A stretch of DNA of 63,430 bases from Campylobacteraceae bacterium (lineage in GTDB: Bacteria > Campylobacterota > Campylobacteria > Campylobacterales > Campylobacteraceae), in assembly GCA_031274495.1 (NCBI GenBank), contig JAISQB010000015.1:1-63430 (forward strand), written 5' to 3'. The first letter of the stretch is position 1; every line of letters starts with the position of its first letter. Below are positions 35,503 to 45,391 of this stretch, piece by piece. Made by a program: the position numbers and the translations under genes. The notes beneath the pieces were generated by a model that was not told where the DNA came from, did not search any database, and saw only the letters and a program-made list of their open reading frames with translations.

Positions 35503-36195
35503 CTAATCATTCAAAAATTTATAAAAATCACAACTGTGCTGAAATTTTAAATCACAAGCTTTGCGCGCGTACTCTTTTGCTTTGCCTTTATCTTGGCTCA
35601 CGCCGTGCCCGTTATAATAAATAGACCCAAGATTGTAGCACGCCTTTTCCATATCTTTGTCGCAGGCTTTTTGGTAGTATTCCATAGCTTTAAGATAATC
35701 TTGTTTTGCCCCTTTGCCTTGCACATAAGCATTTCCAAGACTATAGCACGACTCCTTTACGCCACTGTCGCACCCCTTTTTATGATACTCAAAAGCCTTA
35801 AGATAGTCTTGCTTTACCCCAACTCCTTCATCATACATATTTCCAAGATGAATACACGCCGCACCTTCGCTGTGACCACACGCTTTTTGGTAATATTCGG
35901 CGGCTTTTGCATAATCTCTTCCCCTATAATACAAATCTCCAGCAAATTCGCAAGCCACCGCATCCTCTTCGCACGCTTTTTTAAAATACTTTAGCGCCTC
36001 TTTATCATTTTGCTTTAGCGCATAAAAAGCCCCGACATTAGAACAAGCATTTATATCTTTATTTTCATCGCACAAAAATTTTTCATATCTGAGCGTTTTG
36101 TTGTCATATTTTCCAAAACGCTCCACAAATGCCTTCTCATCCCAAGCCTCGCTAAAAGAGAAAAGTAAGATCAACAAAAGAGATATTTTTCGCAT
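35503..36195 (-). CDS. Secreted Sel1-repeat, cysteine-rich protein (Helicobacter Hcp-like)
   Basis: It has a signal peptide and about 5 SLR repeats with paired Cys (A...Y.KAC......AC..LG.MY..G.GV.QD...A). Confidence 0.85.
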   Translation of the reverse strand: MRKISLLLILLFSFSEAWDEKAFVERFGKYDNKTLRYEKFLCDENKDINACSNVGAFYALKQNDKEALKYFKKACEEDAVACEFAGDLYYRGRDYAKAAEYYQKACGHSEGAACIHLGNMYDEGVGVKQDYLKAFEYHKKGCDSGVKESCYSLGNAYVQGKGAKQDYLKAMEYYQKACDKDMEKACYNLGSIYYNGHGVSQDKGKAKEYARKACDLKFQHSCDFYKFLND

Positions 36196-36215
36196 TTTAC
36201 ACCTCTCTTGCGATG

Positions 36216-37418
36216 CTATTCATTACGAAGCGTATTTAATACATCCACTTCGGTTGCTTTTTTTGCGGGGTACCAGGACGATACGGCTACGATGATGAGG
36301 GCGCCGATGACTATTAGTCCGAAGTCTGTAAATGACAAATCAAGCGGCAATTTTGAGCTGCCGTAGACATCCGCGGGCAGTGTTACTATGTCGAATGAGC
36401 CAAGCAAGAAGAGTATGACAGCACCAAGCAGTATGCCCGATATTACGCCGCCGCAGCCTATGACCATACCAAGTCCGAAAAAGCTCTTTTTTATCTCGCC
36501 GGGTTTTGCACCTAAAGATAGTAAGAGCGCTATCTCTTGACGGCGGTTCATAACGGTCATTAGTAGAGAGCTCATTATATTTAGGGATGCGACTAAGATT
36601 ATCAACATCAGCACTATAAAAAGCGCCCTCTTTTCAAGTTCAAGTGCGGAGAAAAAGTTGCCGTTTTGCTGCCACCAGCCGATAGCTCTTAAGTGGCTTG
36701 GCAACGCGTTTTGCAGGCTCTTTATATCCTCCATAGGCTCTTTTGAGTAGATATGTATGCCATCATACTCTCCTTCAGCGTAATTAAGCGTTTTTGCCAA
36801 AGACGACATAGGTGTGAACATATAAGTCTTGTCGTAATTTATAAGCCCCGAGGTAAACTCCTCCTGATAGACGAACCGTTTTGTTTTGGGGATGAGCGCC
36901 AGTCCGACGGGGTCTGCTTGCGTGAAGATGACCGTCATCTTGTCGCCTTTGTCCAAAAACAGCTCCTCTTTTATCCCGCGACCGGCTAAGATATCAAACT
37001 CTTTTAATGTTTGATTGTCACTCAGGGCTTCGGCGATGACGCTGTTTATCTCTTTTTCTCTCTCAAAATCAACGCCGAAAATCATACCGCCCTCAAATTT
37101 TTGCCCGTTTTTTAGTATGACCCGCGAAAAGATATAGGGGCTGAATTTCAACTCGGGAAACTGCTCTTGCAACAGCTTCAAATCGTCCTCATTTACACCC
37201 GACATACCAAGCGGCATAACGGTGATGGGGTAGTTCATCGTAAAAAGTTTGCGCTGAAACTCTTTATCAAAGCCGTTCATAATAGCCATAGCGACCATAA
37301 GCACCATAAGCCCTATCATAACGCCCAAAAACGCCAAGACAGCGCTCACTGTGATAAACGGCTGCGATTTGTCGAGGCGTAGATATTTTTTGATAAGATA
37401 TCGACTGACGCTCTTCAT
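36216..37418 (-). CDS. Lipoprotein-releasing ABC transporter permease (LolC/LolE family)
   Basis: It shows the FtsX/MacB-type topology: an N-terminal TM, a periplasmic domain and 3 C-terminal TMs. The motif MNGF..EF..K is present. secA and lolA are adjacent. Confidence 0.85.
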   Translation of the reverse strand: MKSVSRYLIKKYLRLDKSQPFITVSAVLAFLGVMIGLMVLMVAMAIMNGFDKEFQRKLFTMNYPITVMPLGMSGVNEDDLKLLQEQFPELKFSPYIFSRVILKNGQKFEGGMIFGVDFEREKEINSVIAEALSDNQTLKEFDILAGRGIKEELFLDKGDKMTVIFTQADPVGLALIPKTKRFVYQEEFTSGLINYDKTYMFTPMSSLAKTLNYAEGEYDGIHIYSKEPMEDIKSLQNALPSHLRAIGWWQQNGNFFSALELEKRALFIVLMLIILVASLNIMSSLLMTVMNRRQEIALLLSLGAKPGEIKKSFFGLGMVIGCGGVISGILLGAVILFLLGSFDIVTLPADVYGSSKLPLDLSFTDFGLIVIGALIIVAVSSWYPAKKATEVDVLNTLRNE

Positions 37419-37421
37419 ATG

Positions 37422-39998
37422 TTAAGCTAACAACCCGCGTTTTGGTCCGCTTTTGCCGTGGCAAAATTTATATTTTTTGCCGCTTCCGCAAGGACACAGG
37501 TCGTTTCTGGCTATCTTTTTTGGTATGATGGCGCTACTACCGCCAAGCTGTTCGTTTCCGTGTTTAAGCTTGACATCATCCGCCGCGCTCTCCATCTCTT
37601 GGAGCACTTTGTCCATAACTCTTTGCTCCTCTTCGGCTTTGCTGTCTCTTAGTTGCACAAGTTGGAGCATTTTAAAGCTTTCGTTTCTGATGCGTCCCAC
37701 AAGCTCCACGAAAAGCCCGTAACTCTCTTTTTTATACTCCGTCAGCGGGTCTCGCTGATTGTAGCCGCGAAGTCCGATACCGGTCTTTAATATATCCATC
37801 TGATAAAGGTGCTCTCTCCACGCCGTATCAAGCACTTGCAAGGATAAAATCTTCTCTATCTGCTCTCTTTGCGCCGTGTCTACGACGGACATTTTTGCCT
37901 CATAATCCTCTTTAATGCGCCTCTCTACCGCCTCATAAAGCTTATCATTTTCAAGCTCGTTCAACCCCGCTTCGTCAAATACGCAATTTATCTCTTCTTT
38001 TAAGCTGGCAATAAGCCTTGGGATATCGCGCTCCTCTTTTGGCGCACCCTCAAGCGCATTCACGCGAAACATCAGATCCTGCACATAATCCCTGCGAAGC
38101 TCATCTACGCGCTTTTTCATATCAAGCGATTTGCCCAGAAGCTCATCTCTAAAGTTATATATCGTCTTTCTCTGCTCATTTGCCACATCGTCATATTCCA
38201 AAAGGTGTTTTCTTGACTCAAAGTGCATACTCTCCACCTTCTTTTGCGCGTTTTCAACCGCTCTGGTGACCATTTTGGACTCTATGCTCTCGCCCTCTTT
38301 TATGCCAAGTTTCTCCATAATGACTTTTATCCTATCGGAGCCAAAAATCCTAAGAAGATTATCCTCAAGGCTCAGATAAAATCTACTCTTCCCCGGGTCC
38401 CCCTGCCTGCCCGAACGACCGCGCAATTGGTTGTCGATCCTGCGGCTCTCGTGCCTTTCAGTACCGATGATATATAGTCCGCCAAGCGCTTTTACCTCAT
38501 CGTTTATCTTTATATCGACGCCGCGCCCTGCCATATTTGTAGAGATGGTAACCGCCCCTTTGCTTCCCGCTTCCGCGATGATTTGTGCCTCTTTTTCGTG
38601 GTTTTTGGCATTTAAAACTGTGTGCGGGATTTTGGCTTTTTCAAGCATAGAGTGGAGTAGTTCGCTTCTCTCTATCGACGCCGTTCCTACAAGTACGGGT
38701 TGTCCTTTTTTGTGTGACTCTTTTATATCGTCGATGACCGCTTTAAATTTTTCGGTTTCGCTTTTATAGATAAGGTCGTTATAATCAAGCCTGATAGCGG
38801 GGGCGTTTGTTGGTATCGAGATAACGTCAAGATTATAAATCTGCGAAAACTCCGCCGCTTCCGTCTGCGCCGTACCCGTCATACCCGCGAGCTTTTTGTA
38901 AGAGCGAAAATAGTTTTGAAATGTTATATCCGCCAGCGTTTGCGACTCATCTTGAATCTTCACGTGCTCTTTTGCCTCAAGCGCTTGATGAAGCCCTTCG
39001 CTAAAACGCCTCCCCTCGCTTGGTCTGCCTGTAAATTCATCAACGATGACTATCTCCTCTTCCCTGACCATATAATGCACATCTTTTTCAAAAAGATAGT
39101 GCGCCTTTAGAGCTTGGTCTAAAAGGTGCGATAGTATCGCGTTTTCAAGGCTGTAGAGATTATCAACGCCAAATAGCTTCTCAGCTTTGGCAATACCCGT
39201 TTCCGTTATCAAAATAGCTCTATTTTTCTCATCAACGGTAAAGTCTTCGTTTCTTACAAGCTGCCTTGCCACATTGTCGGACATTTGGTAATTTTCAAGT
39301 TTTCTTCCCGCGCGCCCCGATATGATAAGCGGCGTTCTGGCTTCGTCTATGAGGATCGAGTCTACCTCATCCACGATAGCGAAATTATGCCCTCTTTGGA
39401 CCTTATCTTCGAGAGAATATTTCATATTGTCCCGCAGATAATCAAACCCAAATTCGTTATTTGTACCATAAGTTATATCGGCGGCATACTGCTCTTTTTT
39501 GAGTTTTTCATCATACACGCCGGATAGTATCACCCCGACACTTAACCCCAAAAAGTTATAAATTCTCCCCATATCGGCAGCGTCGCGCTTGGCAAGGTAA
39601 TCATTTACCGTTATGATATGCACACCCTTGCCCGTCATAGCGTTAAGCACCACAGGTAAAGTAGCCACAAGCGTTTTACCCTCGCCCGTTTTCATCTCGG
39701 CGATATTTCCGTTATGCAAAACAAGCCCGCCGATAAGCTGCACATCAAAATGTCTAAGCCCCGTCGTCCTAACACTCGCCTCTCTTGTTATCGCGAAAAC
39801 ATCACTCAAAACATCATCCAAGCTCTTCTTTTCGAGCTTCACTTCCTCCCTAAGAGCTGCAAACTCAGCCTTTAATTCGTCGTCGCTCATAGCCTGATAT
39901 TTTTTCTCCAAGTCGTTTATCGCCACTATGCGCTTTTCATACTTTTTGACCTCGCGGTCGTTTCTTGTGCTAAAGATTTTTCCCAAAAATTTCAACAT
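37422..39998 (-). CDS. secA: Preprotein translocase ATPase SecA
   Basis: It has the canonical N-terminus ([20 protein letters not shown]), DEAD-like motor motifs and a C-terminal zinc motif ([14 protein letters not shown]). I place the start at the ATG at 39998. The ORF-track start at 40199 adds 67 spurious residues. Confidence 0.97.
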   Translation of the reverse strand: MLKFLGKIFSTRNDREVKKYEKRIVAINDLEKKYQAMSDDELKAEFAALREEVKLEKKSLDDVLSDVFAITREASVRTTGLRHFDVQLIGGLVLHNGNIAEMKTGEGKTLVATLPVVLNAMTGKGVHIITVNDYLAKRDAADMGRIYNFLGLSVGVILSGVYDEKLKKEQYAADITYGTNNEFGFDYLRDNMKYSLEDKVQRGHNFAIVDEVDSILIDEARTPLIISGRAGRKLENYQMSDNVARQLVRNEDFTVDEKNRAILITETGIAKAEKLFGVDNLYSLENAILSHLLDQALKAHYLFEKDVHYMVREEEIVIVDEFTGRPSEGRRFSEGLHQALEAKEHVKIQDESQTLADITFQNYFRSYKKLAGMTGTAQTEAAEFSQIYNLDVISIPTNAPAIRLDYNDLIYKSETEKFKAVIDDIKESHKKGQPVLVGTASIERSELLHSMLEKAKIPHTVLNAKNHEKEAQIIAEAGSKGAVTISTNMAGRGVDIKINDEVKALGGLYIIGTERHESRRIDNQLRGRSGRQGDPGKSRFYLSLEDNLLRIFGSDRIKVIMEKLGIKEGESIESKMVTRAVENAQKKVESMHFESRKHLLEYDDVANEQRKTIYNFRDELLGKSLDMKKRVDELRRDYVQDLMFRVNALEGAPKEERDIPRLIASLKEEINCVFDEAGLNELENDKLYEAVERRIKEDYEAKMSVVDTAQREQIEKILSLQVLDTAWREHLYQMDILKTGIGLRGYNQRDPLTEYKKESYGLFVELVGRIRNESFKMLQLVQLRDSKAEEEQRVMDKVLQEMESAADDVKLKHGNEQLGGSSAIIPKKIARNDLCPCGSGKKYKFCHGKSGPKRGLLA

Positions 39999-40083
39999 CA
40001 ATGTAGCCTTTTTTATAAATAGAACGCAGATTTTAACATACTTTTGGTATAATTTACCTTTATTAATCCTACGAGGAGCCTTT

Positions 40084-40617
40084 ATGCGTTTTTTGGCATT
40101 TTTACTACTTTGCGTCACTTTTTTAAATGCTGAGGGGGGCGCATTTAAGAGTATATCCAGCGACTTCACACAGACTATCAAAAGCTCTGAAAACGACACG
40201 ATAAAATACAGCGGCAGCTTTCAAGCTACAAGCGAAGGTGATAATAATTTCGCCCTATGGCACTACAAAACACCCATAATCAAAAAAATCTACTTCGCCA
40301 ATAACGATGTTATCATTTTAGAGCCGGACCTTGAGCAAGCAGTCATAACCACAGTCGATGAGATACCCGATATATCGCACGTTTTAAATGAAGCACTGAA
40401 AGCTAACAAGCTAACTAACAAGGAGATAACAGTCAATATCGCCAATGTGGATTATAAAATTTCATTCCAAAAAAACACCCCATTCAAAATCGCCTACACA
40501 GACGCTCTTGACAACAAAATAGAGATACTTCTGCGCAACACGATTTTAAATACCAACATAGACAAACGAACATTCCAAGCCGAAATACCGACAAATTACG
40601 ATATCGTAAGATACTAA
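40084..40617 (+). CDS. lolA: Outer-membrane lipoprotein carrier protein LolA
   Basis: It has a signal peptide ([16 protein letters not shown]) and a LolA-like F.Q... pattern ([12 protein letters not shown]), and is about 177 aa. I place the start at the ATG at 40084, not the ORF-track 39928. Confidence 0.8.
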   Translation: MRFLAFLLLCVTFLNAEGGAFKSISSDFTQTIKSSENDTIKYSGSFQATSEGDNNFALWHYKTPIIKKIYFANNDVIILEPDLEQAVITTVDEIPDISHVLNEALKANKLTNKEITVNIANVDYKISFQKNTPFKIAYTDALDNKIEILLRNTILNTNIDKRTFQAEIPTNYDIVRY

Positions 40618-40790
40618 AGCGCCAATAGTTTTTTGACCTCATCGATACTGTTTTTGAGCTTATCGTTTTCGCGTAACTCAATCCAATCAAAAGGCGTTTC
40701 ACCATTAGCGTTTTTCAACCCCTTATCCGCGCTGTTATCCAAAAGAAGCTTGATAAATTTTATATCCGCATAACTAAGAAAAACCGACTC
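40614..40790 (-). pseudogene. Ankyrin-repeat fragment with no canonical full-length start (remnant or very small ORF)
   Basis: The minus-strand frame reads ...[52 protein letters not shown]. This fits the ankyrin consensus (..V..LL..GAD.N..D..G.TP...A). Its TAG (40616-40614) overlaps the lolA stop. The only in-frame start-like codon downstream of the helicase stop is a TTG at 40742. Confidence 0.35.
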
Positions 40791-42088
40791 TAAAGCGTGA
40801 TGGCTTGCGCGCTTTTGTAGAAATTTTTTACCCTCTCGTCCACCTGTACGCAGCGTCTTAGGTATGTGTCAAAATCGCCGCGGGAGTAGCGGATGTAGAG
40901 GTTTTTGGCACTCACGGCGCGGCTTACGGCTACGTAGAATTGGCTCTTTTCAAAGATATTGTCTATATCGCAGACTAAGTTTTCTATGCTCATGCCTTGC
41001 GATTTGTGGATGGTTATCGCGTAGGCAAGTTTGAGCGGGAATTGCTTTAGGGTGGCAAGCGTTTTGCTCTTTATCTCGCCGCCCTCCAAAGAGTTCTCAT
41101 ACAACGCAAACTCATACGGCTCCACCTTGATAAGCTCATCTTTTTTTTCTATCAGCAGATATTCGTCAAATATCCCTCTCACAACGCCTCGCTCGCCGTT
41201 ATAATATTTGCCCCATTTATTGACGCAAAAGAGTATATGCGCGCCGATTTTGAGTTCAAGTTTTAGTGGGATATTTAGCGCTTTGTACCAACTCTCTATC
41301 CTGTTTTGATGTAGACTCTTTTCGCGCAGATTCAATTCCGCTTCCAATACGCGTGGCTCCTCTTTTATCTCATCCAAACGCTCTTTATTCATCCTGTCTG
41401 CTTCATAATTTCTGCCGAATAGTATCGTAGGATTTAGCGCCATAACAGCTCTATTTTGACGCAGATTTTCAAAAAAGAGAGTTACCTTTTCGTCTATCTC
41501 ACCTTTTCGCACTTGGTTTAATATACTGAAAAAATGTCTATCCTCCGTCCTTTTTGAGCCCACAAGCTCCAAAATCTTCGGATTGTAATTTTGCCAAGCG
41601 CTGCTCTCAAACGCGTACACTTCATCGCCAAACAAAGAGCCGGCGCTCACCTCATCAGCCTTTCGCACGGGTGGCAGCTGGAAAAAATCCCCCACAAACA
41701 GTATGGACCCGCCAAACCCCGAAGCATTCAATCTATATCTTATCATCTCCATCAGCGCGGCGGATACCATAGATATCTCATCTATGACTAAAAGATTTGT
41801 GTTTTGGAGGATGCCGTACAGCTCTTTGAGCCGCTTTTTATTTTTGTCGTATCTTAAAAGCTCTTCGGTGTTTTTACAGATGCCAAACGCGAAAAAACTA
41901 TGTATCGTCTGCCCGCCGATATGCACCGCGCTAATGCCCGTACTGCCGAGTATGACGACCTGTTTTTTCTCTTTTTTGTACTCCTCTATAAGCCGTGCGG
42001 TGAGGTAGCTTTTACCCACCCCGCTACTGCCTGTCAAAAAAAGGTGGTTAATTTTTAGTATATCTTTTATCTTTTGAAGTTCTTTCAA
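40790..42088 (-). CDS. PIF1/RecD-like SF1B helicase (AAA ATPase)
   Basis: It has a Walker A motif (GSSGVGKS) and a Walker B motif (LVIDEISMV). Further motifs are GDFFQLPPV, ITIHKSQGMS and YVAVSRA. Confidence 0.85.
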   Translation of the reverse strand: MKELQKIKDILKINHLFLTGSSGVGKSYLTARLIEEYKKEKKQVVILGSTGISAVHIGGQTIHSFFAFGICKNTEELLRYDKNKKRLKELYGILQNTNLLVIDEISMVSAALMEMIRYRLNASGFGGSILFVGDFFQLPPVRKADEVSAGSLFGDEVYAFESSAWQNYNPKILELVGSKRTEDRHFFSILNQVRKGEIDEKVTLFFENLRQNRAVMALNPTILFGRNYEADRMNKERLDEIKEEPRVLEAELNLREKSLHQNRIESWYKALNIPLKLELKIGAHILFCVNKWGKYYNGERGVVRGIFDEYLLIEKKDELIKVEPYEFALYENSLEGGEIKSKTLATLKQFPLKLAYAITIHKSQGMSIENLVCDIDNIFEKSQFYVAVSRAVSAKNLYIRYSRGDFDTYLRRCVQVDERVKNFYKSAQAITL

Positions 42089-42149
42089 GCATCTCCTTTA
42101 CTATTTTTTTGATATTATACACAAAACATATTTTTTTAAAGGCATTAAG

Positions 42150-42338
42150 ATGGCAAACAAAAAAAGAAGACTATTGTCCAAAAATGACCAACAAAATGTA
42201 AAGACGGAGGGCAAAACTGCCTCTGTTGATTTGTCCGTTTCCGTAGATAAAACGGAGCTTGCTCTTTTTTGCGGCGGCGTGATGATTTGCGCCGTAGGTT
42301 TGGTGGTTTATTTTATGTACATCAAACCTCTTTTTTGA
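42150..42338 (+). CDS. Small hypothetical membrane protein (62 aa)
   Basis: It has a basic N-terminus and a single C-terminal TM (LALFCGGVMICAVGLVVYFMYI). It ends 10 nt before the next gene. The RBS is weak. Confidence 0.4.
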   Translation: MANKKRRLLSKNDQQNVKTEGKTASVDLSVSVDKTELALFCGGVMICAVGLVVYFMYIKPLF

Positions 42339-42348
42339 TGACCCTGCT

Positions 42349-44361
42349 ATGAAACGCCTACTCACACTCACCGCGGTTATATTGTTAACCGGCTGCACCG
42401 TCAAAGAGCTTAAAGAACCGGTTTTTGAGGAGCCGATTTTAGTTGAAGAGCCAAGTTTGGCGGAGGTTTTGAGGTATGAGCAAAACGCCTATTTTCTCCC
42501 CCCCGTGCCGCTTTTAGCGCAAGATGATTTGGATAGATACAAAGAAGCTTATGCGCGAAAACAGTTCGCGCCGTGGGAGAAAAAAGCGCTTAGAAATAGT
42601 AAAGAAGACGCCATCTGGGGGCTTAGTTTTACAAGCGGAAGCCGTCAATATATAGGCGAAAACCGTCTTGAAGTGAGCGATGAAACGCTTGAAGCCATAC
42701 GCGAAGAGGCAAATTTTGACGCGCACGGCACGATCCTTGAGTACGCCATCACAGTAGAGGAGAGTCATCTTCGCGTGCTGCCGACCGATAAACCGCTATT
42801 TTCAAAACAGACAAACGGTCAAAGCAGTTATCCGTTTGATTATCTGCAAAACTCCCTGCTTGGCATTATGCAGCCGCTTTTAATCTCGCACTACTCTAAA
42901 GATCGGGCGTGGGTGTTCGTGGAGAGCCCATTTGCCGCGGGCTGGGTAAAGACGAGCGAGATAGCTCTCATAGATGAAAAATTGGCAGGGACGATACGAG
43001 ACGGTCAAAATATTGTCATCACAAAAGACAACGCCGCCCTCTATCTTGAAAACGGACTCTTCGCCCACCGCATAAAAATGGGCTCTATTTTGCCGCTTGT
43101 GGAAGAAGATGATGAAAACTACAAAGCTTTTATCGTCATCCCAGACGCCTCCAAAAGAGCCAAAGCGGTAAATGTAACGATAAGCAAAAGCTTCGCCGCG
43201 CCGTTTCCTTTGGAATTTAACGAGAGAAATGTCAAAAGAGCCATCAACGAACTGCTCGGCGAAAATTACGGCTGGGGCGGGCTTTATAACAATAGAGACT
43301 GCTCGGCGATGACCAAAGACTTCTTTTCGCTCTTTGGCATTTGGCTTCCCAGAAATTCACTCTCGCAAAAGCGTTCCGCCGCCTTTACGGATGTATCAGA
43401 CCTCACTTTGGCGCAAAAAGATGAGATGCTCCGAGAGTTTGGCATACCATATCTCACGCTTGTTTATATGCCCGGACACATTATGCTCTACGCCGGCAAA
43501 ACGGACGAACGTGCGCTCATCTTTCACAATGTCTGGGGGCTTACGAACAAAAAAGGCGAAAAATTTCTCATAGGCAAATCAGTCATTTCAGACCTCTTCA
43601 TAGGCGAAAATCTACCCGATATGGAGGATAAAAACCTCCTTATAAGTAAGATCCAAGGTTTTAGCGTCTTCGCGTCCAAACCCGCCCTCGCGGAGTCAAA
43701 ACTCCCAAGAGTGTATCCGCAAACGATAGAGAAGATCGCGAATAATATAGTCTATTTCAAAGACGGAAGCGAACTTCTTTATGACGACGGGGCGCAAAAA
43801 AGTTATGCACAGATGCTTATAAACCCTGACATTGAAGATCAATTTTATGAAACTTACACAAAAGGCAAGCTTGTCGGCGAACCCAAAAACGATGCGGGCA
43901 GGATAAGAAATATCGACTTTTTCAAAGCGATGTACGGGCACGATAGACAAGAGATAGAGCAAAATCTGGTAGAGGTCCCGTGGCTTCCCTCATCATCACC
44001 CAACAAGACTCTGCTTTTCAACAAAAAAAACGGCGCGTCGGCGGCACTTTGGGCAGTTTCAAACGAGCTTGATAAATTGGGCGGCGAGTATGCGGAGTTT
44101 TTGGATAATGTCGGCGGCACATACAGATATCAGGAGGTCGCGAGCAGCGATAGGCTCATTATGCACACATTCGGCATAGCGATTGATCTGGATTTGAGTA
44201 AGGCAAACTACTGGCATTTAGACAAAAATGGCAGAAAAATAGAGGACCCCCTCCCCCAAAAGATAATAGACATCTTCGAAAAACACGGCTTTATCTGGGG
44301 CGGAAAGTGGCTACATTACGATACGATGCACTTTGAGTATCGCCCCGAACTTTTACGGTAA
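42349..44361 (+). CDS. Lipoprotein with an NlpC/P60 (C40) domain fused to a C-terminal M15-type (VanY-like) peptidase domain; putative bifunctional peptidoglycan hydrolase
   Basis: The lipobox is LLTG-C. An SH3b-like N-terminal region is followed by the C40 catalytic Cys context (NNRDCSAMTKDFF) and His context (PGHIMLYAG). The C-terminal M15 motifs are HTFGIAIDL and GFIWGGKW..YDTMHFEY. Confidence 0.8.
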   Translation: MKRLLTLTAVILLTGCTVKELKEPVFEEPILVEEPSLAEVLRYEQNAYFLPPVPLLAQDDLDRYKEAYARKQFAPWEKKALRNSKEDAIWGLSFTSGSRQYIGENRLEVSDETLEAIREEANFDAHGTILEYAITVEESHLRVLPTDKPLFSKQTNGQSSYPFDYLQNSLLGIMQPLLISHYSKDRAWVFVESPFAAGWVKTSEIALIDEKLAGTIRDGQNIVITKDNAALYLENGLFAHRIKMGSILPLVEEDDENYKAFIVIPDASKRAKAVNVTISKSFAAPFPLEFNERNVKRAINELLGENYGWGGLYNNRDCSAMTKDFFSLFGIWLPRNSLSQKRSAAFTDVSDLTLAQKDEMLREFGIPYLTLVYMPGHIMLYAGKTDERALIFHNVWGLTNKKGEKFLIGKSVISDLFIGENLPDMEDKNLLISKIQGFSVFASKPALAESKLPRVYPQTIEKIANNIVYFKDGSELLYDDGAQKSYAQMLINPDIEDQFYETYTKGKLVGEPKNDAGRIRNIDFFKAMYGHDRQEIEQNLVEVPWLPSSSPNKTLLFNKKNGASAALWAVSNELDKLGGEYAEFLDNVGGTYRYQEVASSDRLIMHTFGIAIDLDLSKANYWHLDKNGRKIEDPLPQKIIDIFEKHGFIWGGKWLHYDTMHFEYRPELLR

Positions 44362-44371
44362 GCAGATATCT

Positions 44372-45367
44372 TTGAAGCTAAAACTTTTGCTTTTTGCCGT
44401 TACCGTTTTTACCGCGCTTAACGCGTCGGAGTTGAGATCGGACGAATATGTGATGTTTATCCCCTCTATCGCGTATGATATAGGTAACGGCACGATAGAG
44501 GCAGAAGTGGAAGCTTTCGTATATGAAAAAGAGGGGCGGCTTGGGGCAAGCAGCGCTTTGGCTCTTGCGCTTGGCATAGATATGGATAATTTAAGCGCCA
44601 AAGAAAAACAGAGGTTTTATGAAAGAACCGCGCTTTTTAGGATAGACTTTGAGGGCGATAAAGAGTTTGTTGTAAAGTTCGAAGATAACAGCCTGCATAA
44701 AATGCCAAAAAACAAAGACGGCAAAAGCAGCGCGGCGGTGAAACTAAAAAAGCCAAAAAACACCAAACGAGAGATAACTTTCGAAGTCCAAGAGCCAAAA
44801 TACCCCAAAAATGTAGAAAAAGGCTTCGCGCTATACTCACCCGCTGATGGAGTATCCGCCGTATTTGACATAGACGACACGATAAAAGATTCAAATGTCT
44901 TAGACAAAAAAGCTCTGCTCATCAACACATTTTTGAACGAATACAAAATCGTAGATAGCATAAAAGAGATATTCGACCTCACAAAGCGCTCCGGTGCCGA
45001 CGCCTTCCACTATGTCTCGGCAAGCCCCGTACAACTCTACCCCGAACTTAGCAGATTTTTCGAAAAAGCGGGCGTTCCCAAAGGCACTTTTCACCTAAGA
45101 GATACGACCGACATAAGCAACTTCATTGCACTCAAACAATCCACCATAACGCACAAAAAAAGCGCCATAGAAAAACTCTTCAAAGCCTACCCCAACCGCA
45201 AATTTATCCTCGTAGGCGATTCCGGCGAAAACGACCCCGAAATCTACGCCGATATATACAAAACTCATCCGGGCAAAGTCCTACTCATCATCATCCGCGA
45301 CATAACAGACGAAAACAAAACCTCGCCAAGATTTAAAGATATGGAGCAGCTTGTGCTTTTCAAGTAG
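44372..45367 (+). CDS. App1-like phosphatidate phosphatase family protein (DUF2183, HAD-like)
   Basis: Motifs are FDIDDTIKDSN and LVGDSGENDPEIY. I prefer the TTG at 44372, which gives the signal peptide MKLKLLLFAVTVFTALNA. The ORF-track start at 44333 overlaps the previous gene. Confidence 0.7.
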   Translation: MKLKLLLFAVTVFTALNASELRSDEYVMFIPSIAYDIGNGTIEAEVEAFVYEKEGRLGASSALALALGIDMDNLSAKEKQRFYERTALFRIDFEGDKEFVVKFEDNSLHKMPKNKDGKSSAAVKLKKPKNTKREITFEVQEPKYPKNVEKGFALYSPADGVSAVFDIDDTIKDSNVLDKKALLINTFLNEYKIVDSIKEIFDLTKRSGADAFHYVSASPVQLYPELSRFFEKAGVPKGTFHLRDTTDISNFIALKQSTITHKKSAIEKLFKAYPNRKFILVGDSGENDPEIYADIYKTHPGKVLLIIIRDITDENKTSPRFKDMEQLVLFK

Positions 45368-45391
45368 CCGCAAATTGTATGAAGCGCCAAA

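Noticed and set aside
39928-40199. ORF-track N-terminal extensions of secA (to 40199) and lolA (from 39928), which would make the two genes overlap by 270 nt
   Set aside because: The canonical SecA N-terminus (MLKFLGKIF) starts at 39998 and the LolA signal peptide starts at 40084. The extensions are non-conserved and mutually overlapping. The same reasoning applies to rsmH (48042 to 47901), cbpA (31940 to 31904), hypF (5509 to 5458), cprR and ppiD.
40790-42088. The PIF1/RecD-like helicase as a possible stand-alone defence gene
   Set aside because: There is no adjacent nuclease, methylase, sensor or other partner, and it is flanked by housekeeping genes (lolA, envelope genes). Helicases of this type are conserved core genes in Campylobacterota as far as I recall.
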